Source: an archaeon (lineage in GTDB: Archaea > Nanobdellota > Nanobdellia > Woesearchaeales > GW2011-AR15). From it: a stretch of 64,000 nucleotides of DNA. Shown here piece after piece: positions 1 through 8,389 of the stretch. The stretch spans positions 1,834 through 65,833 of the forward strand of contig JAZDLQ010000103.1 in assembly GCA_043801855.1 (NCBI GenBank), read 5' to 3'. The translations under genes were made by a program, and so were the position numbers. Within the stretch, counting starts at the first letter, position 1; every line of letters begins with the position of its first letter. The notes under the pieces are model-generated. The model was not told the origin of the DNA. It worked only from the letters and a program-made list of their open reading frames with translations, and made no database searches.

Positions 1-1107
1 AATTACTGAAAACTCTTTACCGTGCGGAAAGCCAAACTGCATGGGTAATTGCGCAAGAACAGCAGCAGATAATCCTTTTGGGTTAAGAATTTCAAGATAT
101 GCTCTATCTCTATCATCAACTTTTATCTTTCTGATGCTTACTCCAACTGCAACCGGTCTGACAACAAATATCAATAAGGCAAGCATTATCCCAAGGATTA
201 TTTCCTTGATATAACTAAAGTTTATCATCATACCAAGGTATACAAAGAAGAAAATTTTCAGGAAAAATGAGATTTCTGAATAAAAAAACCTTGCCTGAGT
301 GTTCATCGCATATTTAGGGTCTTTATGCAGAAGCGAAAATATTTTTTTTGAGTTGCCTACAACAATTCCAAAAGAAAGGCATGCAAGAGCGCCGTTTGCT
401 GAAAGCGCTTCAACGCTGCTATATAAAAGAAGCAGTGCTGCAATAGTCGTCAGGTATGATTTTGCAAGCTTATCCATGACAGGCAAAAGCTTAAGCCACA
501 AAAAGCCGGCGCCTATTCCAATCAAAATCGCAAGAGCAAAAGAAGACAAAATTTTCTGCAGCACAAGAGCAACGCTGAATGTCTTTAACACGTAGATATT
601 TATTACGGCAATTGCTCCGACAATGCAAAATACATCGCTTATTGCTGATTCAAAAGTCAACGCAAGGGCTGTCGGCTGCGTCATTTTAAGTTTTTTAACT
701 AAAGGAACAATTACTGCCTGTGATGCATCTCCTAAAACTATTCCAAGAAGAAGCCCTTCAATAAAGCTCCAGCCTAAACAAACCATTGTAATAGTCGATG
801 CAACAACTGTAAAAATAAAACCAATAACTGATATGCTCGTGCCTTCAACAATTCCTGCGGCAAGCGACTTGAAATCAACATTCAATACTCCTTCAAACAA
901 AATGAATATTAGTGCAAATGTTGTAAAGACCGGCCCAAGGTTCAGGAGCAGCGTATTATCTGTTGCGTGAAAATAATTGCCGATAATGACTCCTACAATC
1001 ATCAGCCAAAGAACATCAGGAAAACCAGTTTTTTCAAAAATCCACTCGCCGAAAAACCCGACAAAGATTACAATTCCCGTGATTGTAAAAATAGTTGATG
1101 CGTCCAC
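1..1107 (-). CDS. Cation:proton (Na+/H+) antiporter, CPA1/NhaP-like; C-terminal part lies beyond the left window edge
   Basis: Absent from the ORF track because it runs off the window; GTG start at 1105-1107. My minus-strand translation is an uninterrupted 369 codons: VDASTIFTITGIVIFVGFFGEWIFEKTGFPDVLWLMIVGVIIG...LIFILFEGVLNVDFKSL...LTFESAISDVFCIVGA... This is a polytopic membrane protein with Na_H_exchanger-type motifs. The + strand ORFs 299-595 and 623-970 are its antisense shadows. Confidence 0.8.
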   Translation of the reverse strand, partial: MDASTIFTITGIVIFVGFFGEWIFEKTGFPDVLWLMIVGVIIGNYFHATDNTLLLNLGPVFTTFALIFILFEGVLNVDFKSLAAGIVEGTSISVIGFIFTVVASTITMVCLGWSFIEGLLLGIVLGDASQAVIVPLVKKLKMTQPTALALTFESAISDVFCIVGAIAVINIYVLKTFSVALVLQKILSSFALAILIGIGAGFLWLKLLPVMDKLAKSYLTTIAALLLLYSSVEALSANGALACLSFGIVVGNSKKIFSLLHKDPKYAMNTQARFFYSEISFFLKIFFFVYLGMMINFSYIKEIILGIMLALLIFVVRPVAVGVSIRKIKVDDRDRAYLEILNPKGLSAAVLAQLPMQFGFPHGKEFSVI

Positions 1108-1156
1108 ATTGATTAAATAAGGCTACTAGTATTTTAATATTTCTACACGCTTTTTT

Positions 1157-2854
1157 TTACATCTCGTCTGGAGAATCAATTCCTAAAACAGCAAGTCCTG
1201 ATTTAAGTACTTCCTTAACAGAATAAACAAGGAGTATTCTTGCTTTTTCAAGCTCAACATTTTCCTGGATTACTTTGTGCGCATGGTAATAATTGTTGAA
1301 ATTCTGCGACAAGTCAAGAAGATACCTGCATATTATTGAAGGCTTATATTCAAGGGCAGATTTTTCCATAACTGCCGAATAATCTGTAAGCATCTTGATA
1401 AGTTCATGCTCTTCTTTTTCAATTAATAGACTATAATCAACATCATCTGACACTGCCTTGCCATATTTTCTGATAATACTGCAAATCCTTGCATGAGTAT
1501 ATTGCACATAAGGCCCTGTCTCTCCTTCGAACGAGATGGATTCTTTCGGGTCATATGTGAAATCTTTCATAGGGTCATATTTCAGGATAAAAAATTTAAT
1601 TGCTGACAGGCCTATCTGTTCAGCGCGGGCAACAAGTTCATTTTCGCTTAAATCAGGAAATCTTTTCTTAATCTCTTCTTTAGCTATGGAATGCATTTCG
1701 TCAGCCAGGTCGTCGGCGTCAACTACTTTGCCAACTCTAGATTTCATCTTTCCTTCAGGAAGGTTAATCATTCCATATGCAAGATGGAAGCAGTCTTTTG
1801 CAAAAGGAAACTCAAACAACTCAAAAATTTTAAACAGGGACTGGAAATGGTGTATTTGCTCGTTTCCGACAACATAAATCAGTTTGTTCATTGAATAATC
1901 GAGAAGTCGCAGCTTTGCAAGAACCAAATCCTGTGTAATATAAATTGAAGTTCCATCTGCGCGAAGCACAACTTTTTTTCCAAGACCCTCTTTTTCAAGA
2001 TCAACTATAATATTTCCTTTATCGTCTTTTTCAAAAATGCCTTTTTTCAATCCCTCAAGCGCAAGCTCTTTTCCTTTCATATAATGGTCAGACTCGTGGT
2101 ATGCCTTATCCATCTTAACGCCATACCTTTCATAAGTTTCCTTAAACCCGGATACAGCCCAGTCATTCATCTTTTTAAGAAGTGTTCGTGTCTTAGGTTC
2201 ACCATCCTCCCAGTTTTTGAGCATAACTTTAATTTCCTCTTCAAACTCAGGATGGTTTTCAAGCTCCTTTGCATAGCGCACATAAAAGTCACCGACAAAA
2301 TGGTCTGATTTTTTATCAGGATTTTTGTTATGGCCAAATTTTTGGTATGCAAGCATTGACTTGCAGATGTGAATTCCCCTGTCATTGACAATATCAACTC
2401 TTACTGTTTTGTTTCCGGTGAAATCAAACATATTAATTAGCGCATTGCCCAAAACCATGTTTCGTACGTGGCCAAGGTGAAGCGGCTTGTTAGTATTTGG
2501 GCCTGGGGACTCAATCATTACTGTATAATTTTTTTTTGTTCCCTTGCCGTAATTTTCTTTTTGAGCAAAAACTTTTTTTAGTGTTGACTTTGCAAGTGAC
2601 TCTTTATTCACGAAAAAATTCAGGTATGGGCCTATTGCTTTTACTTGTGCAATTATTTTATTAGGCTTAATTTGAGTGGCTAGTTCAGAAGCTATTGCTG
2701 CAGGGCTTTTCCTTAATTCTTTTGCAAGTGAAAAGCAAGGGAATGCAAAGTCACCCATTGAAGGATTTGGCGGAACTTCAATCAGGCTAGCGTCAATTTC
2801 TTTTGAAAGAGCAGAATGCAGCGCATCAACAACTGATTTTTTGTATATATCCAT
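1157..2854 (-). CDS. argS: Arginine--tRNA ligase
   Basis: 565-aa ORF with class I HIGH motif (NKPLHLGHVRN), a GKMKSR segment, and a C-terminal anticodon-binding-type helical region. Length and overall pattern are typical of ArgRS. Confidence 0.93.
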   Translation of the reverse strand: MDIYKKSVVDALHSALSKEIDASLIEVPPNPSMGDFAFPCFSLAKELRKSPAAIASELATQIKPNKIIAQVKAIGPYLNFFVNKESLAKSTLKKVFAQKENYGKGTKKNYTVMIESPGPNTNKPLHLGHVRNMVLGNALINMFDFTGNKTVRVDIVNDRGIHICKSMLAYQKFGHNKNPDKKSDHFVGDFYVRYAKELENHPEFEEEIKVMLKNWEDGEPKTRTLLKKMNDWAVSGFKETYERYGVKMDKAYHESDHYMKGKELALEGLKKGIFEKDDKGNIIVDLEKEGLGKKVVLRADGTSIYITQDLVLAKLRLLDYSMNKLIYVVGNEQIHHFQSLFKIFELFEFPFAKDCFHLAYGMINLPEGKMKSRVGKVVDADDLADEMHSIAKEEIKKRFPDLSENELVARAEQIGLSAIKFFILKYDPMKDFTYDPKESISFEGETGPYVQYTHARICSIIRKYGKAVSDDVDYSLLIEKEEHELIKMLTDYSAVMEKSALEYKPSIICRYLLDLSQNFNNYYHAHKVIQENVELEKARILLVYSVKEVLKSGLAVLGIDSPDEM

Positions 2855-2909
2855 TTTATTTTTTAAAAAGTTGAAGCATCTTTAAAATGTTTTCTCTAAA
2901 AAAATTAAA

Positions 2910-2917
2910 TTTATATA
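2910..2917 (+). promoter_or_regulatory. Archaeal-type TATA box (TTTATATA) upstream of the GT2 gene
   Basis: TTTATATA is centred about 27 nt upstream of the ATG at 2940. This geometry is expected for a leaderless archaeal mRNA. Confidence 0.45.
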
Positions 2918-2939
2918 TAAAGCGTTTTGAAGTGTTGCC

Positions 2940-3548
2940 ATGATAGAATCTTTGCCGCTCATAACTGTATTTATACCCTCTTATAATATGGGTGAAACAA
3001 TAGAGCAAGCAATTTCAAGTGTTCTATCGCAAACATATAGCAATCTTGAAATAATAATCATTGATGATGGCTCAACAGATAGTACTGAAGAGAAATGTAA
3101 ACTGTTTTTAAATGGCGGTCAGAGAGAGGATACGAGAGTTCAATATCTCAAAACTAAAAATAACGGACGCGCAGGTGCAATTAATATTGGAGCAAAGAGT
3201 GCAAAAGGTGAATTCTACACTGTACTTGATGCAGATGACACTTTGCCAGAAGATAGCATTAAGAAAAGATTTGAGGGATTTGATTCTAATGTTAAATCAG
3301 TCTATGGAAATGCAAATTATATCTCTTCAGGAAGCAGCAAAATTAGAAAGTCTAGGCAAGTCAACTCTGTTTATCAATTATTAGGTGCATTAACAACACA
3401 TGTTATTGGCCCAACTATAATGATGAGAGCAGACGTATTTACATCTATCGGTGGTTTTGACATTAAATACCTCAGGGCAGAGGATGACGCTATTAATCTA
3501 AGTCTTTTTAATGTTGGTGGCATGAAGTATATTGATGAACTTGTATAG
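2940..3548 (+). CDS. Family 2 glycosyltransferase, short form (possibly C-terminally truncated)
   Basis: N-terminus ITVFIPSYNMGETIEQAISSVLSQTYSNLEIIIIDDGSTDST plus LDADD and RAEDD motifs typical of GT2. The ORF stops (TAG) at 202 aa, where GT2 proteins usually continue. Confidence 0.8.
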   Translation: MIESLPLITVFIPSYNMGETIEQAISSVLSQTYSNLEIIIIDDGSTDSTEEKCKLFLNGGQREDTRVQYLKTKNNGRAGAINIGAKSAKGEFYTVLDADDTLPEDSIKKRFEGFDSNVKSVYGNANYISSGSSKIRKSRQVNSVYQLLGALTTHVIGPTIMMRADVFTSIGGFDIKYLRAEDDAINLSLFNVGGMKYIDELV

Positions 3549-3883
3549 GGAGCGCACGAATAATCGTAAAAATATATATATGCGCTCCAATATATCGTGC
3601 GCATAAATAATTTCGATTTTTATATGCGCACGCTATATATAATTACAATACAGGATTAATTGGCTTGCATATCCGGTTAAAAAAAAGGATTCGTATGACT
3701 TATGACTTATTAAGATTAATTTGTGATAAAGTAGAATATCCACAAAAATGCCTTTTGCTTGGCAGACAAATGGCAATTGGAGCTGCAAAGCTGTGCTATG
3801 AGCTCTTTTCTGATTCAAAAGCCTAACTTCAAAAAGTTTACTTCTATTGTCATTTACAATCGTCAAATTAACAAAAAATAAAA

Positions 3884-3891
3884 TTTATATA
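3884..3891 (+). promoter_or_regulatory. Archaeal-type TATA box (TTTATATA) upstream of the DUF2339 gene
   Basis: TTTATATA is centred about 27 nt upstream of the ATG at 3914. Confidence 0.45.
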
Positions 3892-3913
3892 CTTAACCAG
3901 ATAAAAATAAAAT

Positions 3914-6109
3914 ATGCAAAGAGAGCACTTTCTGGAATCAGAGGTAAACTTACTCATTAAGGAAAATAAAGAAATCAAAAGCAGGCTTTCATCTCTAGAG
4001 CAGAAATTAGAGTTTGCCAAGAATGACAATACTCCTAATGAATGCCATGAAAAAGAAAAAACAGCAGAAAAATCAAGTAAAGGAACAATTCTTGTAATCG
4101 TTGGAGGAATATTGTGCCTTACAGTTATTGGCATAATAATTGGCCTTCCTCTTTTGATATTGGGTGTTGTTTTGCTTGTTAAAGAAAACAAAGATAGCCT
4201 TACAAAAGAAAAACATGTTGCAAAAACAGAAAACAGCCACACTAAAAATGAGCATATCTCTTCTCATGAAGTTAAGACACAAAAAAACACACATACTTCC
4301 ATTGAGGAAAACATCGGGTTGAAATGGTTCAGTAAAATTGGGATTTTAGCTCTTGTTATAGGTATAGCTTTTTTTATTAAATATGCGATAGACAACAACT
4401 GGATGAGCTATCTGGTTAGAATTATAATCGGCTGCCTGATAGGTGCATCTTTAGTTTTTTTCGGTGATTTCCTCTCAAAAAAAGAAAAATACTCAGCATG
4501 GGCAAAAACTCTTATCGGCGGCGGTTTTGCGCTAACTTATTTTTCAATTTTTGCCGCTTATAATTTTCCTGAGTATCGGGCAGCAATTGGCATTAGCCAG
4601 ATTGTAGATATATTTATGCTAATAGTAATAGTCATTTTTGCAGTCATATTCTCAATCAAAGACAACTCTCAGGTGATAGCCGCAGAATCCTTTTTCCTTG
4701 GCTATGTGACTTCGCTTCTTGGCACAAGCTTTGAATTGATAACCCTGTTCTACAGCCTGATTTTAACTATCGGCCTGGTTTTTGTTGTTTCGTACAAAAA
4801 ATGGCCGGCAATAGGGATTGGCGGAATAATTGCATCATATGCATTATACATCTTGTGGGATACAAAAAATCCTGACTCATTTGCTTTTACAACAGTAATT
4901 CTTATAACCTATTTCCTGGCGTTTAGCTCCCAATATTTTCTGATATCAAAACAGGATGAGACAAAAGTTCTTGCGGTGATTGGAGCAATAATTAATTCAT
5001 TCTTCTTTTTTATATTATACCAGGGCTTTATTTCAGACAAATATTACGCTTACAGAGGATTAGTTCCAGTAGGATTGGCTGTTTTCTATATCATATCATA
5101 TTTCTACTCAAAAAAATCTAAAATGTTTCACTTGCCGCAGACTAACCTCTATCTTTCATTATTTTTCTTAACAATTGCAATTCCAATCCAGCTTGACGAG
5201 CGGCTTATAACAATTTCCTGGGCTCTTGAATCTGTAATTCTTATACTATTACATTATAAAACAGGGCTAAGAGAATTAAAGTTTGTATCTTATGCAGTTT
5301 CGTTAATTACACTGATAAAATCTTTATTTTATAACAATGATTTTGTGCATTTCGATGCGATTGCAGGAATATTTAGTGTGAGGCTCATATCATCCTTAAT
5401 AACAGTATTATGCTTCTATTTTATTTATGAGGAAGTTAAGAAAAAAAATCTTCATGGAACTGAATATATAATTGGAAATCTTTATTCATGGGCAGCAAGC
5501 TTGATTCTATTGAAAATAATTTTTCTGGAAGTTAATAATACCGCTGCAATCACTGCAATTCTTTCGCTATTAGCATTACTGCTAGTTATAGCATCAAAAA
5601 AAGAATCAAAAGAGCTGCTTTATCAGGGATATGCTGTTTCAGCAATTGTTGTTTTAAAAGTTGTGCTGGTTGATAGCTGGGCGCTCAAAAAAGTATTTTT
5701 TCTGGAATCAAAGCTGTTTGCTTTTACATCCGCAATCGCTGCGATTTATCTGATTTATCTTTTGCTTAGAAAAAAAGAGGAGAAAATGCCTGAAATTATT
5801 TATTCGTATGCAGGTATTTTCCTTAGCTTTTTACTGGCCTTAACTGAATTAAAAGAATTTCAAGTATCAATCGGTTGGAGCATCCTTGCCTTGATTGTAA
5901 TGGTAACTGGCTTTTACTGCAAAGAAGAGCATTTCAGAATCCAGGGAATAATTATATTTGCACTGACAATATTGAAAGTGTTTCTTTACGACATACGTTC
6001 CCTTGATACTCTTTATAGGACATTATCATATATCTTTCTTGGCGTCATGCTTTTAACTGTTTCATTCATTTATGCAAAATATAAGGATAAATTGAAGAAG
6101 ATAATCTGA
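3914..6109 (+). CDS. DUF2339-type polytopic membrane protein with N-terminal coiled coil
   Basis: 731 aa. It has an N-terminal coiled-coil segment (LLIKENKEIKSRLSSLEQKLEFAK), then the hallmark EENIGLKWFSKIGILALVIGIAFFIKYAIDNNW segment, followed by more than 15 hydrophobic helices. Confidence 0.7.
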   Translation: MQREHFLESEVNLLIKENKEIKSRLSSLEQKLEFAKNDNTPNECHEKEKTAEKSSKGTILVIVGGILCLTVIGIIIGLPLLILGVVLLVKENKDSLTKEKHVAKTENSHTKNEHISSHEVKTQKNTHTSIEENIGLKWFSKIGILALVIGIAFFIKYAIDNNWMSYLVRIIIGCLIGASLVFFGDFLSKKEKYSAWAKTLIGGGFALTYFSIFAAYNFPEYRAAIGISQIVDIFMLIVIVIFAVIFSIKDNSQVIAAESFFLGYVTSLLGTSFELITLFYSLILTIGLVFVVSYKKWPAIGIGGIIASYALYILWDTKNPDSFAFTTVILITYFLAFSSQYFLISKQDETKVLAVIGAIINSFFFFILYQGFISDKYYAYRGLVPVGLAVFYIISYFYSKKSKMFHLPQTNLYLSLFFLTIAIPIQLDERLITISWALESVILILLHYKTGLRELKFVSYAVSLITLIKSLFYNNDFVHFDAIAGIFSVRLISSLITVLCFYFIYEEVKKKNLHGTEYIIGNLYSWAASLILLKIIFLEVNNTAAITAILSLLALLLVIASKKESKELLYQGYAVSAIVVLKVVLVDSWALKKVFFLESKLFAFTSAIAAIYLIYLLLRKKEEKMPEIIYSYAGIFLSFLLALTELKEFQVSIGWSILALIVMVTGFYCKEEHFRIQGIIIFALTILKVFLYDIRSLDTLYRTLSYIFLGVMLLTVSFIYAKYKDKLKKII

Positions 6110-6120
6110 AATCTAAAAAA

Positions 6121-6500
6121 AAAAGTTGCTTGTAAAAATCCTCGCAACAAAATATAAAAAATTTAGAATTTCTCCAATAAAAACAGCATCACAGCCATCT
6201 CTGTCCACATGCGGTTCTCTGTGCATCCTTATCAGGCTGCACCGAGCTATTTTCCGTATCGGAAAAGTTGCTCGTAAAACACCTCGCAACAAAATTAACC
6301 ATCTAAAACTTCTCCAATAAAAACAGTATCACTGCCATCTTTCGTCCACATTCTATTCTCTGCGCATCCTTATCAGGCTGCACCGAGCTATTTTCCGTAT
6401 CGGAAAAGTTGCTCGTAAAACACCTCGCAACAAAATTAACCATCTAAAACTTCTCCAATAAAAACAGCATCACAGCCATCTCTGTCCACATGCGATTTTC
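6121..6500. repeat. Tandem repeat of about 140 bp (two full extra copies plus a partial one) that reiterates the 3' end of the OTC gene
   Basis: TCTCCAATAA recurs at 6171, 6311 and 6452 (period 140/141 bp). A long shared block, GGCTGCACCGAGCTATTTTCCGTATCGGAAAAGTTGCTCGTAAAACACCTCGCAACAAAATTAACCAT, occurs twice, and a degenerate partial copy lies at 6121-6160. Confidence 0.9.
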
Positions 6501-7385
6501 CGCTTCGTCAAACACGATTGACTGCGGGCTGTCTATGACTTGAGCAGTTACTTCATATCCTCTATATGCAGGTAGGCAGTGCATGAATATAGCGTTATGC
6601 TTTGCAAACTTCATAATTTTTTCATTTACCTGATAAGGCGAGAATATCTTCACACGCTCTGCTTTCTGCTCAGGCTTATGGTGATAGCTCATCCATGTGT
6701 CTGTTACAATAATATCTGCATGCATTGCTGCATCTTTAGGGTCATTTGTGATAATCACTTTTGAGCTTTGGTTTAGCGCAACTTGCGTTGCATCCATAAT
6801 AACTTCTTTTTTTGGCTCATATTCGCTGCCAGACGGGCTTGCAACACTAATGTTGATTCCGGCCATAGCGCAGCCTTGAATAAGTGAATGTGTCACATTG
6901 TTGTTTCCGTCACCCAAAAATGCAAGCTTTAGGCCTTTAAGCTCTCCTTTTTTTTCTTTTATCGCCATCAAATCAGCTAATATCTGGCATGGGTGCGAGA
7001 AATTAGTGAGCATATTGATTACCGGAACCCTTGAATTCTTTGCAAGTTCAATTATATCGCTATGCTCAAAAAGCCTTGCTGAAATTATATCAACATATCT
7101 TGAAGCGCATTTGGCAGTGTCATGTATTGTCTCTCCTTTTCCCATTGGTGATGTGCTTGTATCATAATAGATTGCATGGCCGCCAAGCTTCATCATTCCT
7201 GTTTCAAAAGAGATTCTTGTCCGTAGCGACGGCTTTTGAAAAATCATAAGAAGGGTTTTTCTCTTCAGCGCTTTTCTGTATTCATCCGGGTTATTCTTTA
7301 GCTCGATTGATTTGTCAATTATACAAATCATTTCTTCAGGCGTGATGTCAGTAAGGTCAGTAAAGTCTCTTTTCATAAAAATCAC
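6444..7385 (-). CDS. argF: Ornithine carbamoyltransferase
   Basis: 313 aa with the carbamoyl-phosphate motif SLRTRISFE, HPCQILADL and HCLPAYRG, which are diagnostic of OTC rather than ATCase. The start could also be the Met at 7376. Confidence 0.9.
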   Translation of the reverse strand: MIFMKRDFTDLTDITPEEMICIIDKSIELKNNPDEYRKALKRKTLLMIFQKPSLRTRISFETGMMKLGGHAIYYDTSTSPMGKGETIHDTAKCASRYVDIISARLFEHSDIIELAKNSRVPVINMLTNFSHPCQILADLMAIKEKKGELKGLKLAFLGDGNNNVTHSLIQGCAMAGINISVASPSGSEYEPKKEVIMDATQVALNQSSKVIITNDPKDAAMHADIIVTDTWMSYHHKPEQKAERVKIFSPYQVNEKIMKFAKHNAIFMHCLPAYRGYEVTAQVIDSPQSIVFDEAENRMWTEMAVMLFLLEKF

Positions 7386-7431
7386 CGAATAAAAAAGATT
7401 ATTTGGAAATTTTTAAAAGTTTGGTAAAAGA

Positions 7432-7971
7432 ATGAGATACTCCCAGAATAATTATAAATATAACGATAGAATTCTTCTTTATATGACCTCTCTTGAAGAT
7501 AAACTAGCTCAATTTATTAATCTTATAATTGATGAAGGAAGAGAATCCTTTCCTATTGAAGGCTATAATTTGGCAATAGAGCATTGGCAATTGAAAGGTT
7601 ATTGGAGAATTGATGCAAAAGATATCACAATGTTATATCATCCAGGAAAAGGCCCAAATAATAAATCACTAGTAGAATACATGTTTGCCATTAGAAAAGA
7701 GGAAGATAAAATAGTGATTGCTAATTTCCATAGATTATCATATATAAAGAGACATGGGTACGGACGTGAATCACTAAGTGAAATTGAAAAGGCTGCATCA
7801 GTACTAGCTCATATTCGGAAAACTCCTGTTGAGATACGATTTAGAGTTTTCCAAGATGAAGTGCAATTCTGGTTGGATAGTTTAGGATATCAATATCAAG
7901 GAGAGGTGCCCTCATATGTACTTAGTTTACCTTCTTTAAGAGTTTATATAAAAAAATTTAATTTCTTTTAA
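7432..7971 (+). CDS. Hypothetical protein (weak GNAT-like motif)
   Basis: 179-aa ORF divergent from argF. Only a weak acetyltransferase-like segment is seen (KRHGYGRESLSEIEKAA). The start may be the internal Met (MTSLEDK). Confidence 0.45.
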   Translation: MRYSQNNYKYNDRILLYMTSLEDKLAQFINLIIDEGRESFPIEGYNLAIEHWQLKGYWRIDAKDITMLYHPGKGPNNKSLVEYMFAIRKEEDKIVIANFHRLSYIKRHGYGRESLSEIEKAASVLAHIRKTPVEIRFRVFQDEVQFWLDSLGYQYQGEVPSYVLSLPSLRVYIKKFNFF

Positions 7972-8036
7972 AAAAAATAATAGAAAAATAAAAATTCTGC
8001 TTGGAAACTTGGATCCTAGAAAAGTGACCTAGTTAA

Positions 8037-8198
8037 CTAAAATTTCCTTTTTTTCTGGTAGCAATCTCTGCAAAAAACAGGTCTGCCATCAGTTGGTTTG
8101 AATGGAACTTCGCATTCGTTTCCGCACTCTGAGCATTGAGCTTTGTGCATTTCTCTTGGTCCAAAGTCTCTTCTTGGGCCTCTGTTAAAATTGTTCAT
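8037..8198 (-). CDS. CxxC-x17-CxxC zinc-ribbon mini-protein (53 aa)
   Basis: Below the ORF-track size cut-off. My translation: MNNFNRGPRRDFGPREMHKAQCSECGNECEVPFKPTDGRPVFCRDCYQKKRKF. CSEC and CRDC are separated by exactly 17 residues. A strong GGAGGA Shine-Dalgarno sits 6 nt upstream of the ATG. Confidence 0.8.
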   Translation of the reverse strand: MNNFNRGPRRDFGPREMHKAQCSECGNECEVPFKPTDGRPVFCRDCYQKKRKF

Positions 8199-8389
8199 CT
8201 TTTTTCCTCCTTAAAAAAACACAAAAAATTCCGTACAATTTCAGGTCTCTTCTATGTTTTCATTGATGAAATTTATACTAGTATATAAACATATAGGTAA
8301 TATTTAGTCGATTTTGATGAATCATACTATTTTTGGATAAAACGAAAAAAACCGATTGCTATAAATAATTCCAAATATTTTATGTAATC

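Noticed and set aside
299-970. Two + strand ORFs (98 and 115 aa) from the supplied track
   Set aside because: They lie antisense to a continuous 369-codon minus-strand membrane-protein frame with clear Na+/H+ antiporter motifs. Their own translations are low-complexity with no motifs.
3695-3826. 43-codon + strand ORF (MTYDLLRLICDKVEYPQKCLLLGRQMAIGAAKLCYELFSDSKA) with a weak AAGGA upstream
   Set aside because: It is too short, has no recognisable motif and no conservation information. I mention it only as a candidate small gene or remnant.
6126-6320. 64-aa + strand ORF in the track, and short minus-strand ORFs (47 and about 37 codons) starting right after each argF-like stop
   Set aside because: They are entirely made of repeat units. 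Reading frames differ between copies because of an indel, which gives no evidence of coding constraint apart from the argF-derived tail itself.
6121-6500. Considered whether the regular repeats downstream of argF are a CRISPR array
   Set aside because: The units are about 140 bp, directly abutting with no unique spacers, and are derived from the gene's own 3' end. There are no cas genes in the window.
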